Shown piece after piece: positions 1 through 12,000 of a stretch of DNA of 64,000 nucleotides. Each line of letters begins with the position of its first letter. Position 1 is the stretch's first letter. Source of the DNA: Felis catus (lineage: Eukaryota); the NCBI RefSeq assembly GCF_018350175.1, contig NC_058368.1, positions 123,506,001-123,570,000 of the forward strand, in the 5' to 3' direction. Under the pieces are notes generated by a model. It was given only the letters and a program-made list of their open reading frames with translations. It was not told the DNA's origin and made no database searches. Made by a program: the position numbers and the translations under genes.

Positions 1-96
<96 letters not shown>

Positions 97-461
97 TTAA
101 TACAGGGGCGTTCAGACCCCGCAAAGCAGCATCCAGGGCCGGACGCCCACCCCCGTATGAAATCCCGGAGAAAACTAGCACTCCCTCTGTCCCCCATCCC
201 TTCCAGCGAGATAGCTGGGCCGTCGCCTCTGCGTTACTTCCCCTTTAATCACCTGGGGTATAGTTCCAGCGTAGTTTCTCTAACTGGACAGTAGTCCAGC
301 TAAAAAAAGATTTGAGAAGTTTTAAAGACTTTTCCCCCCGGGGGGCTTAGAATAACAAGGCTACCAAGAGCTGTTGGGACTTACTCTTGGGACTGACTTC
401 AGCCTATTTCTTTGGGGGCCGGGTGAAAGGACTGTTGGTTGGGGGTGGGGGAAAACTGTCA

Positions 462-833
<372 letters not shown>

Positions 834-1412
834 CTAGCGCAAAGAAGGTCTGCGTCAGGGACCAGCCAAAAAAACCTAGAGAGCTTCCCTGGAGTAAGGC
901 ACAAAGGAGAAACGTAAATGCGCTGGTAACTGGGGAAAAACTGGGCAGCGCTGCTGCGCAGAGAGCAATGGACGGGCAAGGGGCCGGAATGCGCACATTC
1001 GTACCTGGCCCTCGGGCCGCGTGTGTATACACATTACCTTGTGTAATCCTCAGATCAATTCAGTGAGAGGAAGGGGCCCCTACTATTCAGATTAAGAAAC
1101 AAGCTCAGAATTGTTAAATAGCTTGCCCGGGGTCGGGAGGAGTCCTTACTCGAGCCTAGAAACTTTCTTGACTCGTCTGCATTCTACCGTGTCCCCGCTA
1201 ACCAGTATGGAAACTTCGGACAAGTCACTTAAGCCATCTAGGCCCCACTCTTCTCCATTTGTAAAATGAGGACGGTGGCCCGGTCCTCCAAAGCCCCTTC
1301 CCGCTTGGACTGAGAACCTCCGTGAGCGCGGGCGGGGGCGCTGCGGAGAGCAAACAGCAGAAGAAAGAGCAAGAGGAGAGGCGGTGGGGAGCTCGCTCTA
1401 CCAGCGCCTCAC

Positions 1413-1796
1413 TTGTGGCTGCCGCGCCAGCGACTCCCGCGGGTGGAAGTGGCTCTCCCTCGCCTTGCGGAAGACGTAGCAGCTCTGACCGTAGTCACGG
1501 AAGGTCTGTAGATCTAGCTGCTCCAACTGCTGGGCAGGAGCAGGTAGGGGGCTGCAGCCTAGCGCCGCGGAAGCTGCTGGACTGTCTGCACCATCAGATC
1601 CGGAGCTGGGGGACTCGAACACGTCGCAAACACCGGAGTCTCCGGGGAGTGGGCACGGGCTTAGTGGCTGCAGCGGCTGCTTCCTCCGGAGACGTGGGCG
1701 CCTGTTCTTCTTCACCGGGGCGCGGAGGTTCTGGTCGTCCCGCCTCCTAGCCCGGGCGGCGGGGCTCACGAGACTCGTGGGGCAGGGGGTCACCAT
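1413..1796 (-). CDS. CCNO: Cyclin O, coding exon 1
   Basis: [30 protein letters not shown]...[35 protein letters not shown] matches the cyclin O N-terminus; strong Kozak (ATAATGG); donor CAA|GTGAGG; 384 nt, phase 0. Confidence 0.96.
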
Positions 1797-2104
1797 TATG
1801 CAGTCTGGTGGGCGCTCGGTGATTCCCCACCTGCGGGGAACCGAAGGCCCTCAAGAAAGTGCGAAATAGGCTGGCGAAACCGGCGGCGAGGCCCTAAGTA
1901 CTCGGCGGGCTTCTGCCCTCTACCACACCCCCGGCTTCTCACTGGCTGATTACTGAGCGGCACGAGGCCGAGTTTTCCCGGCTAAAGAACCGCTTCGGAG
2001 CGAGCGGCTGGCAGCGTCCGGCTTGCGCAGCCCGCAAGGGAGAGGAGGAGCTACTCGAGTGTGAGCGCACCCGCGGGGAGTTGCTAGCTCCGCGCGCGTC
2101 CTGC

Positions 2105-2118
2105 GTTACCCAGGTAAC
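2105..2118. promoter_or_regulatory. RFX X-box motif
   Basis: GTTACC-CA-GGTAAC fits GTNRCC(N0-3)RGYAAC with perfectly palindromic arms, about 310 nt upstream of the CCNO ATG. Confidence 0.65.
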
Positions 2119-4145
2119 CCAGGTTAGCAGCTGGAGCAGTGCGCGCCTCCAAGGGTGGGGGCGGGGCGGTGGCCTGGCCGAGAGGGCGCGGAGTACCGCC
2201 CAGGGGCTCAATTGCTCCGGGAAAAAGATTCCGCGGCTGTCGCCGAGTCCTGGTCCGGATAATCTCGTACGTGCTAGCGCTTTCTACGCAGCCTCTAATC
2301 CAGGTTGGTAATTTTGCAAAAGTTAGCTTCCGAACTCCAAACGAAGGCTCCAACTAGAATCCTGTCAGCACAGGAGTTTTCTTAGTAACCCATACAAGCA
2401 GTAATTCTAATTCGACTGCGTTTGTAATTTTTTTTTTAGGCGGGACCCCAGGACCCGGGTGTCCCTCTTTGCGCCGCTCTCGGGGAGCAGGGCCTCCGCA
2501 AGTTCCTCTGCGCTACGTATCTGGGAGCTACTCCAGCCAGCCAGGCAGGCAATAGTGCTGAAATCAACCAGAAAAAGTGCCCCGCAAACCTCCGATTGCC
2601 GATTTGCAGTCTTAAAACATTTGCTCCGCCCTTGCCACCCCAAACCAAGTAAACTGGAGCTGTTACGAACATAACATGGTTGGAGGGTTGCATTGCTAGC
2701 TTGATCGAATTGCTCACGGCCTTTTCTGTTTTATGTCATTAGCTTCTAACCCGCTCCCCGGGGCAGCTCAATCCTCCTTGATTATTCCCTGCTCTCCGTT
2801 TTTGCTCCTTCAGAAGCTCAAAAAAATAAAGCTGGAACCAGAAGCGGAGTGCCCAGGCAGGAAAGACTAGACTGGATGCGGCAGTTTCCTCAGGGCACTG
2901 CTGGTTTGGTTCCTAGCTTCCTGTCCTGGTAGAAGTTGGAGTCTTCTGCCTGAGAGAACCTTCCTAAGGGGCTCGTATCCTGAGGAAAAGGGGCACAAGT
3001 AGCATCTAGTCAGCCTTGTAGGCATTTCTCAGTGGCAGAAAACCCACAACCCTCAGTTTGATGAACTTTCCAGAAGAACTCCAAGAAGTGAGGTTGCAAG
3101 AGCAGGTTGAGCCATTCCCACCTCATGTCAGAAGAAAGCAGAGAAATGTGTATAATCAAATTTAAATCCCTGTCCCTAGAAATTTAGTTGCATGTGGGGG
3201 TGTTGACTCGTAGAGATGGAGGAAAGAGAAAAGAGACAGATTTGGGGTTCTGGTAAGTTTTACTCCTATTTCCCTGTAACTCTGAGCAAGGTCTTTAGTT
3301 ATAGACCTAAACAGTGACATTTGTAACTTGAGAGATGAGGTAAGAATCACCGCTCTTTCAAGATACAGGTGCTAGGACTTGTCTTCTCTCAAGCTTTTGC
3401 TGGGGGACCATTAAGGGAGGAGCAGTTAAATCTGTGGAGAGGGCTCAGATATCAGAGTTTTTCCTTGAGAAGCTTTCTGGATGAGGAGGAAGGACCTAGG
3501 AATTCTGAGCCTTCTCATTAGCCCAGATGGCCATTTGGTACAGTGGAAGGAGCACAAAGTCAACTTCTAGGGTCAATATTGTTGCTCCCATTTATTGGTC
3601 ATCCTGGGCTAGCTGTTTCCATTCTCTGAGCCTCTGTTTCCTCATTTGTTAAATGTGGTTGTTAATACTTGGCTTGAGAGTCAAGTGAAATAAGTGAAAA
3701 CTCAAAGTCCTTTTTGAACATGAAGTAGGGGGGTCACCTTAAAGCCTTCATTGGGAAGTCAATATCATCCTGGAGATATTGTGAAAAAGCAGAAGGGTCA
3801 TTTTATCCACCTGTGGATGTGAGGCTAGTGTCTGTAGTTAACTCCCAACAGGCAGTACCTGAGCTTTGTACTGATGGGTGATATATTCCTTGGTATTTGT
3901 GGACTGCCTGCGATGCCAGGTCTAAGACAGCTATGAGGGCTTCATGAGTCCTGGGGTGCCTGGCTGGCTCAGTTGGTGGAGCACGCAATTCTTAATCTCA
4001 AGTTGAGCCCCAAGTTGGGTGTAGATATTACTTAAGAAAAGAAAAAAGTTTCTGGGGTCCTTCCGGCACAGAGCTGGCACTCTAGTGGGAGAAACAACCA
4101 CTGGTCACATTTCAAAAATTATTGTGATAGAGGATCTCCTGGGTG

Positions 4146-4361
4146 TAGGCTTGACAAATAAAATACAGGACACCCAGTTAAAATGAAGTGTCAGATAAAT
4201 TTTAGCATGAGTCTGTTTCAAATATTGCATGGGACACGTTTATACTGACAGATTGTTATTTATCTGATATCCAGATATTTTGTGGGTCATACTTAAACTA
4301 AAAGATTATTGTTTATCTGAGATTCAAATTTAACTGGGCCTTATAACATCTGGCAGCCCCA
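4146..4361. mobile_element. MER53-like palindromic hAT MITE
   Basis: Ends taggcttgac...ggcagcccca; inverted arms cccagttaaa/tttaactggg; degenerate 8-bp TSD cctgggtg/tctgggta. Confidence 0.75.
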
Positions 4362-4624
4362 TCTGGGTATCATGGAGCCCATGGTAGAGCTAATTGACCT
4401 GGTCTGGAAAGGCTTCCCATGCAAGTGATGGTTAAGCTAAGACAGAAGGTGGGGTGAGACAGAAGGTGAAAGAAGAGAAGAGGGATTTGGGTGACAATTC
4501 CCCACAAAAAGGAATAGGATGTTGGAAGGTCTGAAATTATGGCTCTTGTAACATTCTAGGGTCTACCTGATAAGGAATGGCTGGAACACAGAGTTGTAAG
4601 GGAGAGAAAAAGTGAGATAATCGT

Positions 4625-4860
4625 TAATACTGACCCAAAACTTGTATGTCTGGTACTGTGTTATGATCCATATGAATATTATTATAGTATTTAATCTTCA
4701 CGACAACTCTATGAGATAGAGTCTATTATTGTCCTCATTTTATAGATAAGAAAATTGAGGAGTAAGAGGAAAATTAATTCGGCCAAGGTGCCACAGATAG
4801 TAAAGGGTAGAACAAGGATTCAAACTCAGCCTGGCTCCCTGTTCCATAATCAGCATGATA
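4625..4860 (-). mobile_element. MIR fragment
   Basis: MIR core 'ctattattgtcctcattttatagataagaaaattgagg...aaggtgccacagatagtaa...ggattcaaactcag'. Confidence 0.75.
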
Positions 4861-5200
4861 CTGTTTCAACAGCAAGGTCATGCAGTGTCTTGAAGGTACA
4901 TTAAATGCTAAAGACTTTACCTGAAGCCACTGAAGAGGTCTTAATCCAAAGAGAGAAAATCTGTCTTTTGTTTTAAAAGATTATTCTGGCTGATGTGTGG
5001 AAAATGGATTGTAGGGAAAAAGACTGGAGGCCATTTAGATGCAGTATTTATGGTATGAACAATATGGTCCAAGTTAAGGGCTTTTTATTTTTCTTATGAG
5101 GCGTCTTTAAAATTAATTTCTCTTTTCTAATTTGAGACCTGGGTGCAATGCACCTTAAAGGCACTAGGTAGATCTAAAATACTTTAAAGACATAGAACCT

Positions 5201-5389
5201 AGGGGCACATGGGTGACTCAATCAGTTAAGTGTCCTACTCTAGATTTTGGCTTAAGTCATGATCTCACAGCTCATGGGTTCAAGCCCCACATTGGGCTCC
5301 ATGCTGACAATGTGGAGCCTGCTCGAGATTCTCTCTCACCTCTATCTCAAGATGAATAAACAAACATTAAACAAACAAACAAACAAAAA
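5201..5389 (+). mobile_element. Can-SINE (older)
   Basis: tRNA-like head, CT tract, A-rich tail; diverged TSD aaagacatagaacct/aaagatgtaggacct. Confidence 0.85.
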
Positions 5390-6179
5390 GATGTAGGACC
5401 TAATTAAGCCCAGTCTTTTATAATGAAGGTTGATTAACCATGATTTGACCCTGCTTATTTTCAGGTGTGGTTTTTGGAACCCGCAAGAGAGTATTAATAT
5501 AATAGAACTAAAGTTACCTTGTTTTGTTTTTTTTCCAGTTTGGCACTTCATCTTCAATGAAAAACCCCCACCCTCATCCTGCCCCAGGGCTTGGACAGTG
5601 ATTGAGGTAGGAGAAATGCATTTACTAACAATACCTTGTTTAGCAAACAGAGTAGGTGGGTTGGGGTTGGTGCCAGATATGTGAACTATTTTGTTAGCAC
5701 CTCAAGATCCTTGAGCTCACTTTTGATTTTAAGTCACTAAAATTTATATTGGTCACTAAAAATTAAATTTACTAAAGACTGTTTTCTATTAATGTGGTTA
5801 AGTGCCCAAACTGGAAAGTGTTTAGGATACTTGAAGTCAGAGAAGTGAATTTCTGGTATCCAATGTGGCTGAGGAAAATAATAACTGCCATAATTTTGCT
5901 GATATACCTACATATATGATAAGAATTGGACATTGAGAAGAAGTAAAAGAGTAGTAAGCAAAGTAGCATTCTGTTTGGGGCCACTTCAGGCCCCAGCTCT
6001 TTTGAAATACGGGAGACTTAGTGACTTGCTTCAGTGGGCCTTGAAAGGTTTTCTTCAGACTGTGATAGCCTGATGCTCTCTTTGGTCCTTTCCCTTTAGA
6101 TGGTAGAATTGCCCGTGTAGATCCAAGGTGTCAGGAGGGAACAGTCCTCCATGATTCACTCATAACAAGAAAAATGCAA

Positions 6180-7190
6180 GCTAAATCCATCATGAGATAC
6201 TATATTGTACATAATCTGAATGATAAAAGTTCAAACGTTTGGTAAGAGGATTTAGGGAAATAGACCTCATGTTTTTGGTGAGAGTGTAAATTGGTACAGC
6301 CATTTTGGAAGACAATTTGGCAAGATCTGTAAAGATTTAAAATGTACATAATCTTTAACTCTGCATTTCCACTCCTTGATAATTATTCTGCATCAGTGCA
6401 AAATTACTTTATAAAAAGGTGTTTATCACAATATCCTTGTTAAAAGCAAAACATTGATTGTGTTCAATAAGGGACATCTAAAACACAAAATATTATGCAG
6501 CTGTTAAAAAGAATGAGGCAGGGGGCACCAGGGTGACTCAGTTGGTTAAGCATCCAACTCTTGATCTCAGCCCGGGTCTTGATCTCAGGATGGTAAGTTC
6601 AAGCCCCAAGTTGGGCTCCTTGTTGTAGAGCCTACTTAAAAAAAAAAAAGGGGGCGCCTGGGTGGCTCAGTCGGTTAAGCGTCTGACTTCAGCTCAGGTC
6701 ATGATCTCGCAGTCCGTGGGTTCAAGCCCCGCGTCGGGCTCTGTGCTGACCGCTCAGAGCCTGGAGCCTGTTTTGGATTCTGTGTCTCCCTCTCTCTCTG
6801 ACCCTCCCCCATTCATGCTCTGTCTCTCTCTGTCTCAAAAATAAATAAATGTTAAAAAAAAATAAAAAAAAAAAAGAATGAGGTAGATGGTTATGGACTG
6901 ATGTAGAAGGATTTTCAAAATACAGTGTTAAATAAAGCAAGGTACAGAGCAGTATGTCAAATATATTGTCACTTGTGTAAAAAAAAAGGAGAATATCTAC
7001 ATATATGTTTATATATGCATAGAATCTCTCTGGAAAGATACACAAGAAACTGGTAACATTGATTGCCTTTGGGAAGAAATCCTGGGAGACAGAAATAAGA
7101 GAGAGAGGGTCTTCCTGCTATACACTGTCATGATCTTTTGAATTTTGAACTATATTTATGTGTAATCTGTTTCAAAAATAGCATTTTTCA
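6180..7190 (+). mobile_element. Old L1M 3' fragment interrupted by two tandem Can-SINEs (6521-6875)
   Basis: L1 'gagagtgtaaattggtacagccattttggaagacaatttggca'; SINE pair flanked by TSD aaaaagaatgaggYag. Confidence 0.75.
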
Positions 7191-7359
7191 TATGCATGTG
7201 GCCTGGAAGTTAGAAAACAGGGAACCCAGGTTAGTCCTGAAAAATGGTGATCACTATTATATGTGGACATAGAAAGAGCGGATGGAGTAGAACAGTCCGG
7301 GAGCAAAGTTTTGTAACTTCATAAGTGAAACTGTTCTTTTGGAAGTTGGATTATATATC

Positions 7360-7730
7360 AGTGAACGGAACAGACAAATATCCCGGTCTTCATGGAGTTT
7401 ATAGGGATGGAAGTGCCCGGAGAGACAAGCAATACAGGGACTGGCACACGGGGAGTGCCACAGGTAGATTGTGTTATTTAATAGATTAGTTAGATAAAGT
7501 TCACTGGAAAAATTTGGGCAGAGAACTCTAGGAAATGGGGGAGTTGGCCATGTGGACATCTGAGGGGGTAGCATCCTAGCCAGAGAAAATAGTGATGCAG
7601 GGGCCCCAAGGCATGAGCAGGTCTGCCATGTGGAGGAACAGCAAGGACACCAGTGTAGCTGGAGTTGGAGTGAAAAGGAGAGCAGCAGATGAGGTGGGAG
7701 AGGTCATGGGGCCAGATCACATAGGACCTT
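7360..7730 (-). mobile_element. L2 fragment
   Basis: L2-like 'ggccatgtggacatctgagggggtagcatcc...gccagatcacataggaccttg'. Confidence 0.65.
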
Positions 7731-8826
7731 GTTATTGCCAGCCTTCAGTGACTTCTTAGGTCTTGTTATGTTGCACTTTTATTTATTGTAGCACTTAACC
7801 ATCACTTCAACCGTACGAAAGAGGTACAGTTATTTTACCAATTCTACAAATGAGAGAATTTTTAGAGAGGATCAGGTGCTTGCTTGAAGATACACAGCTA
7901 GTAAGCGGAAAACTAGGATTTAAGCCCAAGTCTGTGATTCTAGCCTGGACATTCATCCTTATGCTCTTCTATGTTCGTTAAATGCTAAGCGAGAACCAAG
8001 AAAAGGCTTTGAGTCCACGCTTGGGCCACTGCTTAGAAAGAAGAGTAAAGCTGAGGGAACAGAGTCCACAAAAGATGGAGGAGCCCAGTGGGTCAGAGCT
8101 GGTTGGACCTCTTTGTGATAAACCTGGAGGCTCTGTGGTGTAGTTTAGCAAGGCAGGCAGAGTTCCCTACCCCAAGCATGTGCCAGGAGGCACAAGTTGA
8201 GCTAGGGAAAAAGAAGCAAGGCTTCAAGGCTAAGAGAAGTGTGAAGCCATTTGGAGTGTGATGACCACAGACTGTATCTGATTTCTGTGAACCAGCCACC
8301 TCTTAGCAGGTGATGACATGAGAAAGTGACAGTTGACTTAGTTTCTCACAGAGAGCACTGGTGCCGAATAAACAAGTTTAAATTGTCGGGAGAGGGCAAA
8401 TTTGGTTATCTGGCAGCCTTGCTCAGAGTGAAGAGATGGTCTCATAAAGGAAGCTGACCTGAAGAGTGAGGGGAAAAAAACGGGTGGGTTTGTACCTTAG
8501 CAGTGACTGATAGGTTGTTTAAATGTTCAGCTTTCTTTCCACCTTCCATGCTTGGTGTGAACATGCATTTTAAATTAATTAGTAGATCCAAGACAAACCA
8601 ATAAAGGATCTTTAAAAAAAGATCTGTTACTAGAATATCACTGTACCTAAATACTGTAGTTGTCTGTCTCTTCCATTTCACAGCCAATATTTAACAAGTG
8701 CCTACTAAGTACTGGGCACTGCTCTAGGTTTGCAGCAGTGGATAGGATACACAAGGCCTCTGCTTGCACAGAATGGGGAGGGGAGAGGCTGAAAGTAAAA
8801 CTGTGAACAAAATGTAAACGATATCA

Positions 8827-9003
8827 GGGGTGCCTGGGTGGCTCAGTCGGTTAAGCGTCTGACCCTCGATTTGGGCTCAGGTCATAGGAGCCCTGTGTTG
8901 GGCTCTGCACTGACAGCACAGAGTCTGCTTCGGATTATCTCTCTCCCTCCCTCTCTACCTGTCCCCACCTCTTGCTTTGTGTGTGTGTCTCTCTCTCTCT
9001 CTT

Positions 9004-9053
<50 letters not shown>
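8827..9053 (+). mobile_element. Can-SINE ending in expanded (CT)n microsatellite
   Basis: SINE head ggggtgcctgggtggctcagtcggttaag; CT run about 8987-9053. Confidence 0.85.
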
Positions 9054-9055
<2 letters not shown>

Positions 9056-12000
9056 GTAGTAAGTCTGTGCAGCAATTTGAGTGTGCTGCCCTGGAGAGTG
9101 AATGGGGAGTATTTTCAGTTAGATGGTGAGGGATGCCTTTTGGAAAGCAATGCTCATGTGCTGCTTGTGTTCACAAGTGAAAATGTCTTTTTCTTTTAAT
9201 GTTGCGCAAATCCATTCCCTAAGTGAGATTTCTCAAAATATCGGTTCAATTGATATGTCCTTGTTTGGGGAGCAGTGTTTTCTGGTGGGGAGGGAATCCT
9301 ACAAATGTTTAGATAAGGATAAATTCTCCTGAAGTAGTTATCTCAAGGTGATTGGCAAAGACGTGAATTTGAAGTAGGCTCACTGTACACAGTGAATTTT
9401 ACCCAACCACATGAAAGATAAAGCTAGTACATCTCTGTGCTTATTATTGTTACTTTTATTATTTTAAATGATGAGGCTGCGGGTTGCAGAAAGTTCTTTT
9501 TAATGTCCAGTGGGGCGTCCTATGTTAAAATAACCTCAGGCTCCTCTGTTAAATAGGGAAGATCTATCGTGTCTTTTCTTTCCCTACCACACAGACAACA
9601 AAGAGGGCAGCAATTAGTATCTTTAGACTGTGGTAAAATAACCCTTTGTCCTAAATGGAAAGCAAAGCTGGTCCTATTGAAGAACAACAAAGGGGAAGGC
9701 TGAAGGACATGATATGTAATGCAGCTACTTGAATGTCAAATCACAGGGTGCAGATCAAAACAGAGCAGCTGTTGAGGGCTGCCTTGTCACATATTTCTTA
9801 GAATTTATGAGAAAAGCCACCAAGGGTCTGCAGTTAACAAAAGCTTTCAGCAAGTAGCAAGTTTGGTTGCCCTGTTGGAAGTTAGGTGCCCTGTTGAGAG
9901 GCAGGCTCCACTCTCTAAGTGTGGTTAGCTATGTGGGTTTGAAATGAATGGATAGAGTGGCTGAATTTATTTTCTTCCCATGTGGCAAGTCTGGATGTTA
10001 AAGTTGTATCCTTCAGGAGCAGTGTTTCCTAGTACTTTGGAGAGACTGACAGATGCTCAATGTTCCTCAACATTATGGCCCACATTTCTGTATTATTACC
10101 ATATCTGCTATTTCTGTTTCAGCTTAGAGGCATATACGTGTGAACTGCTTAAGAAGCATCTGATTTGTTCCAGACATTGTGCATTCTAGATTGTATTTTA
10201 GAATTGCATTCTAGACTATAACATAATTCTCCCGTATTCTGGAGAATACATTCCTGTAACATTCATTTCTTTACATTTTTTTTTAATATTGATTTATTTT
10301 TGAGAGAGAGAGCACAAGTTGGGGAGAGGCAGAGAGAGAGGGAGACACAGAATCTGAAGCAGGCTCCAGGCTCTGAGCTGTCAGTCCAGAGCCCAACACA
10401 GGGTTTGAACTCACAAACTGCAAGATCATGACTGGAGCTGAAGTGGGATGCTCAACTGACTGAGCCACCCAGGTGCCCCTGCTGCCCATTTTATAATGGT
10501 TGGTTGGATAGTTTGGATATTAACCCCTTATCAGATGTATGATTGGAAAATATCTTTTCCCATTTAGTAGGCTGCCTTTTTGTTGTGTTACTGGTTTCTT
10601 TCACGGTCCAAAAGATTTTTCATTTGATATAGTCTCATTTCTTTATTTTAGCTTTTGTTTCCCTTTCCTCAGGAGACTGGTCAAAAAATTATTGCTAAGA
10701 CCAATGGCAGAAAGTTTATTTCCTGTGTTTTTTCATAGCAGTTTTATGGTTTCAGATCTTACATTCAAGTCTTTAATCCATTTTGAATTTATTTTCATAT
10801 ATGGTGTAAGATAGTGGTCCATTTTCATTCTTGTGCATGTAGCTATTTAGTTTTCCCAAAACCATTTCCTGAGAAGACTGTCTTTTCCCCATGGTATATT
10901 CTTGTCTCCTTTCTCATAGATTAATTGACCTTCTCATTTTTTTTTTATTTTTTTTTCAACGTTTATTTATTTTTTTGGGACAGAGAGAGACAGAGCATGA
11001 ATGCGGGAGGGGCAGAGAGAGAGAGGGAGGCACAGAATTGGAAACAGGCTCCAGGCTCTGAGCCATCAGCCCAGAGCCCGACGTGGGGCTCGAACTCACG
11101 GACCGCGAGATCGTGACCTGGTTGAAGTCGGACGCTTAACCGACTGCACCACCCAAGCGCCCCCCTTCTCATTTTTTTTAAATGTTGGTTTATTTTTGAG
11201 AGAGAGAAAGACATGAAGGGAGGGAGGGAGGGAGGGAGGGAGGGGAAGAGAGTGAAGGAGACATAGAATCCGAAGCAGGCTCCAGGCTCTGAACTGTCAG
11301 CACAGAGCCCGACACAGAGCTCGAACTCATGAACTGTGAGATCATGACCTGAGCTGAAGTTGGATGCTCAACCAATGAAGCCCCAAGTGCATCTTGACCT
11401 CCTAAACATGGGTTTACTTGTGGGCTCTCTGTCCTATTTCATTGATCTCTGTGTGTCTTTTTTCTTGCCAGTACCATACTGTTTTGACTGTTATAGCTTT
11501 GTAGTATAGTTTGAAATCTGGCAGCTTGGTATCTCCTGCTTTGTGCTTCTTTCTCAAGATTGCTTTGGCTCTTTGGGTGATGTACAGCTTTTTCTGTGGA
11601 CATAGGTTTTTATTTCTTTGGGGTATATAGCTAGAAATGGAATTGCTGCTGGGCCATGTATTGATTCTTTGATTAACTTTTTGAGGAACTGTTTGCCAAA
11701 GTGGTTGCACAATTATATATTCCTCCAGCAATGTATGAGGGGTCCATTTTCTCCAAATTCTTACCAACACTTGATATTGTCTGCCTTTTTAGTTATATTA
11801 GTAGTGGTGAGGAAGTACCTCGTTAGGGTTTTCATTTGCATTTCTCTAATTATTAACACTCTTAAACATCTTTCCATGAATTTTAGCCACTTGTATATCT
11901 TCTTTGGGGAAAAAACCTATTCATATCCTTTGTTTTTTTTATTGTGGTGAAAAACACATGTGAGATCTACCCTCTTAATAAATTTTAAGTACACACATAT

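Larger units (their letters stand above)
1320..2600. promoter_or_regulatory. CpG island / CCNO promoter
   Basis: GC-rich and CpG-dense compared with the AT-rich remainder; covers exon 1 and upstream; GC box GGGGCGGGGC at 2158-2167; boundaries by eye. Confidence 0.85.
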
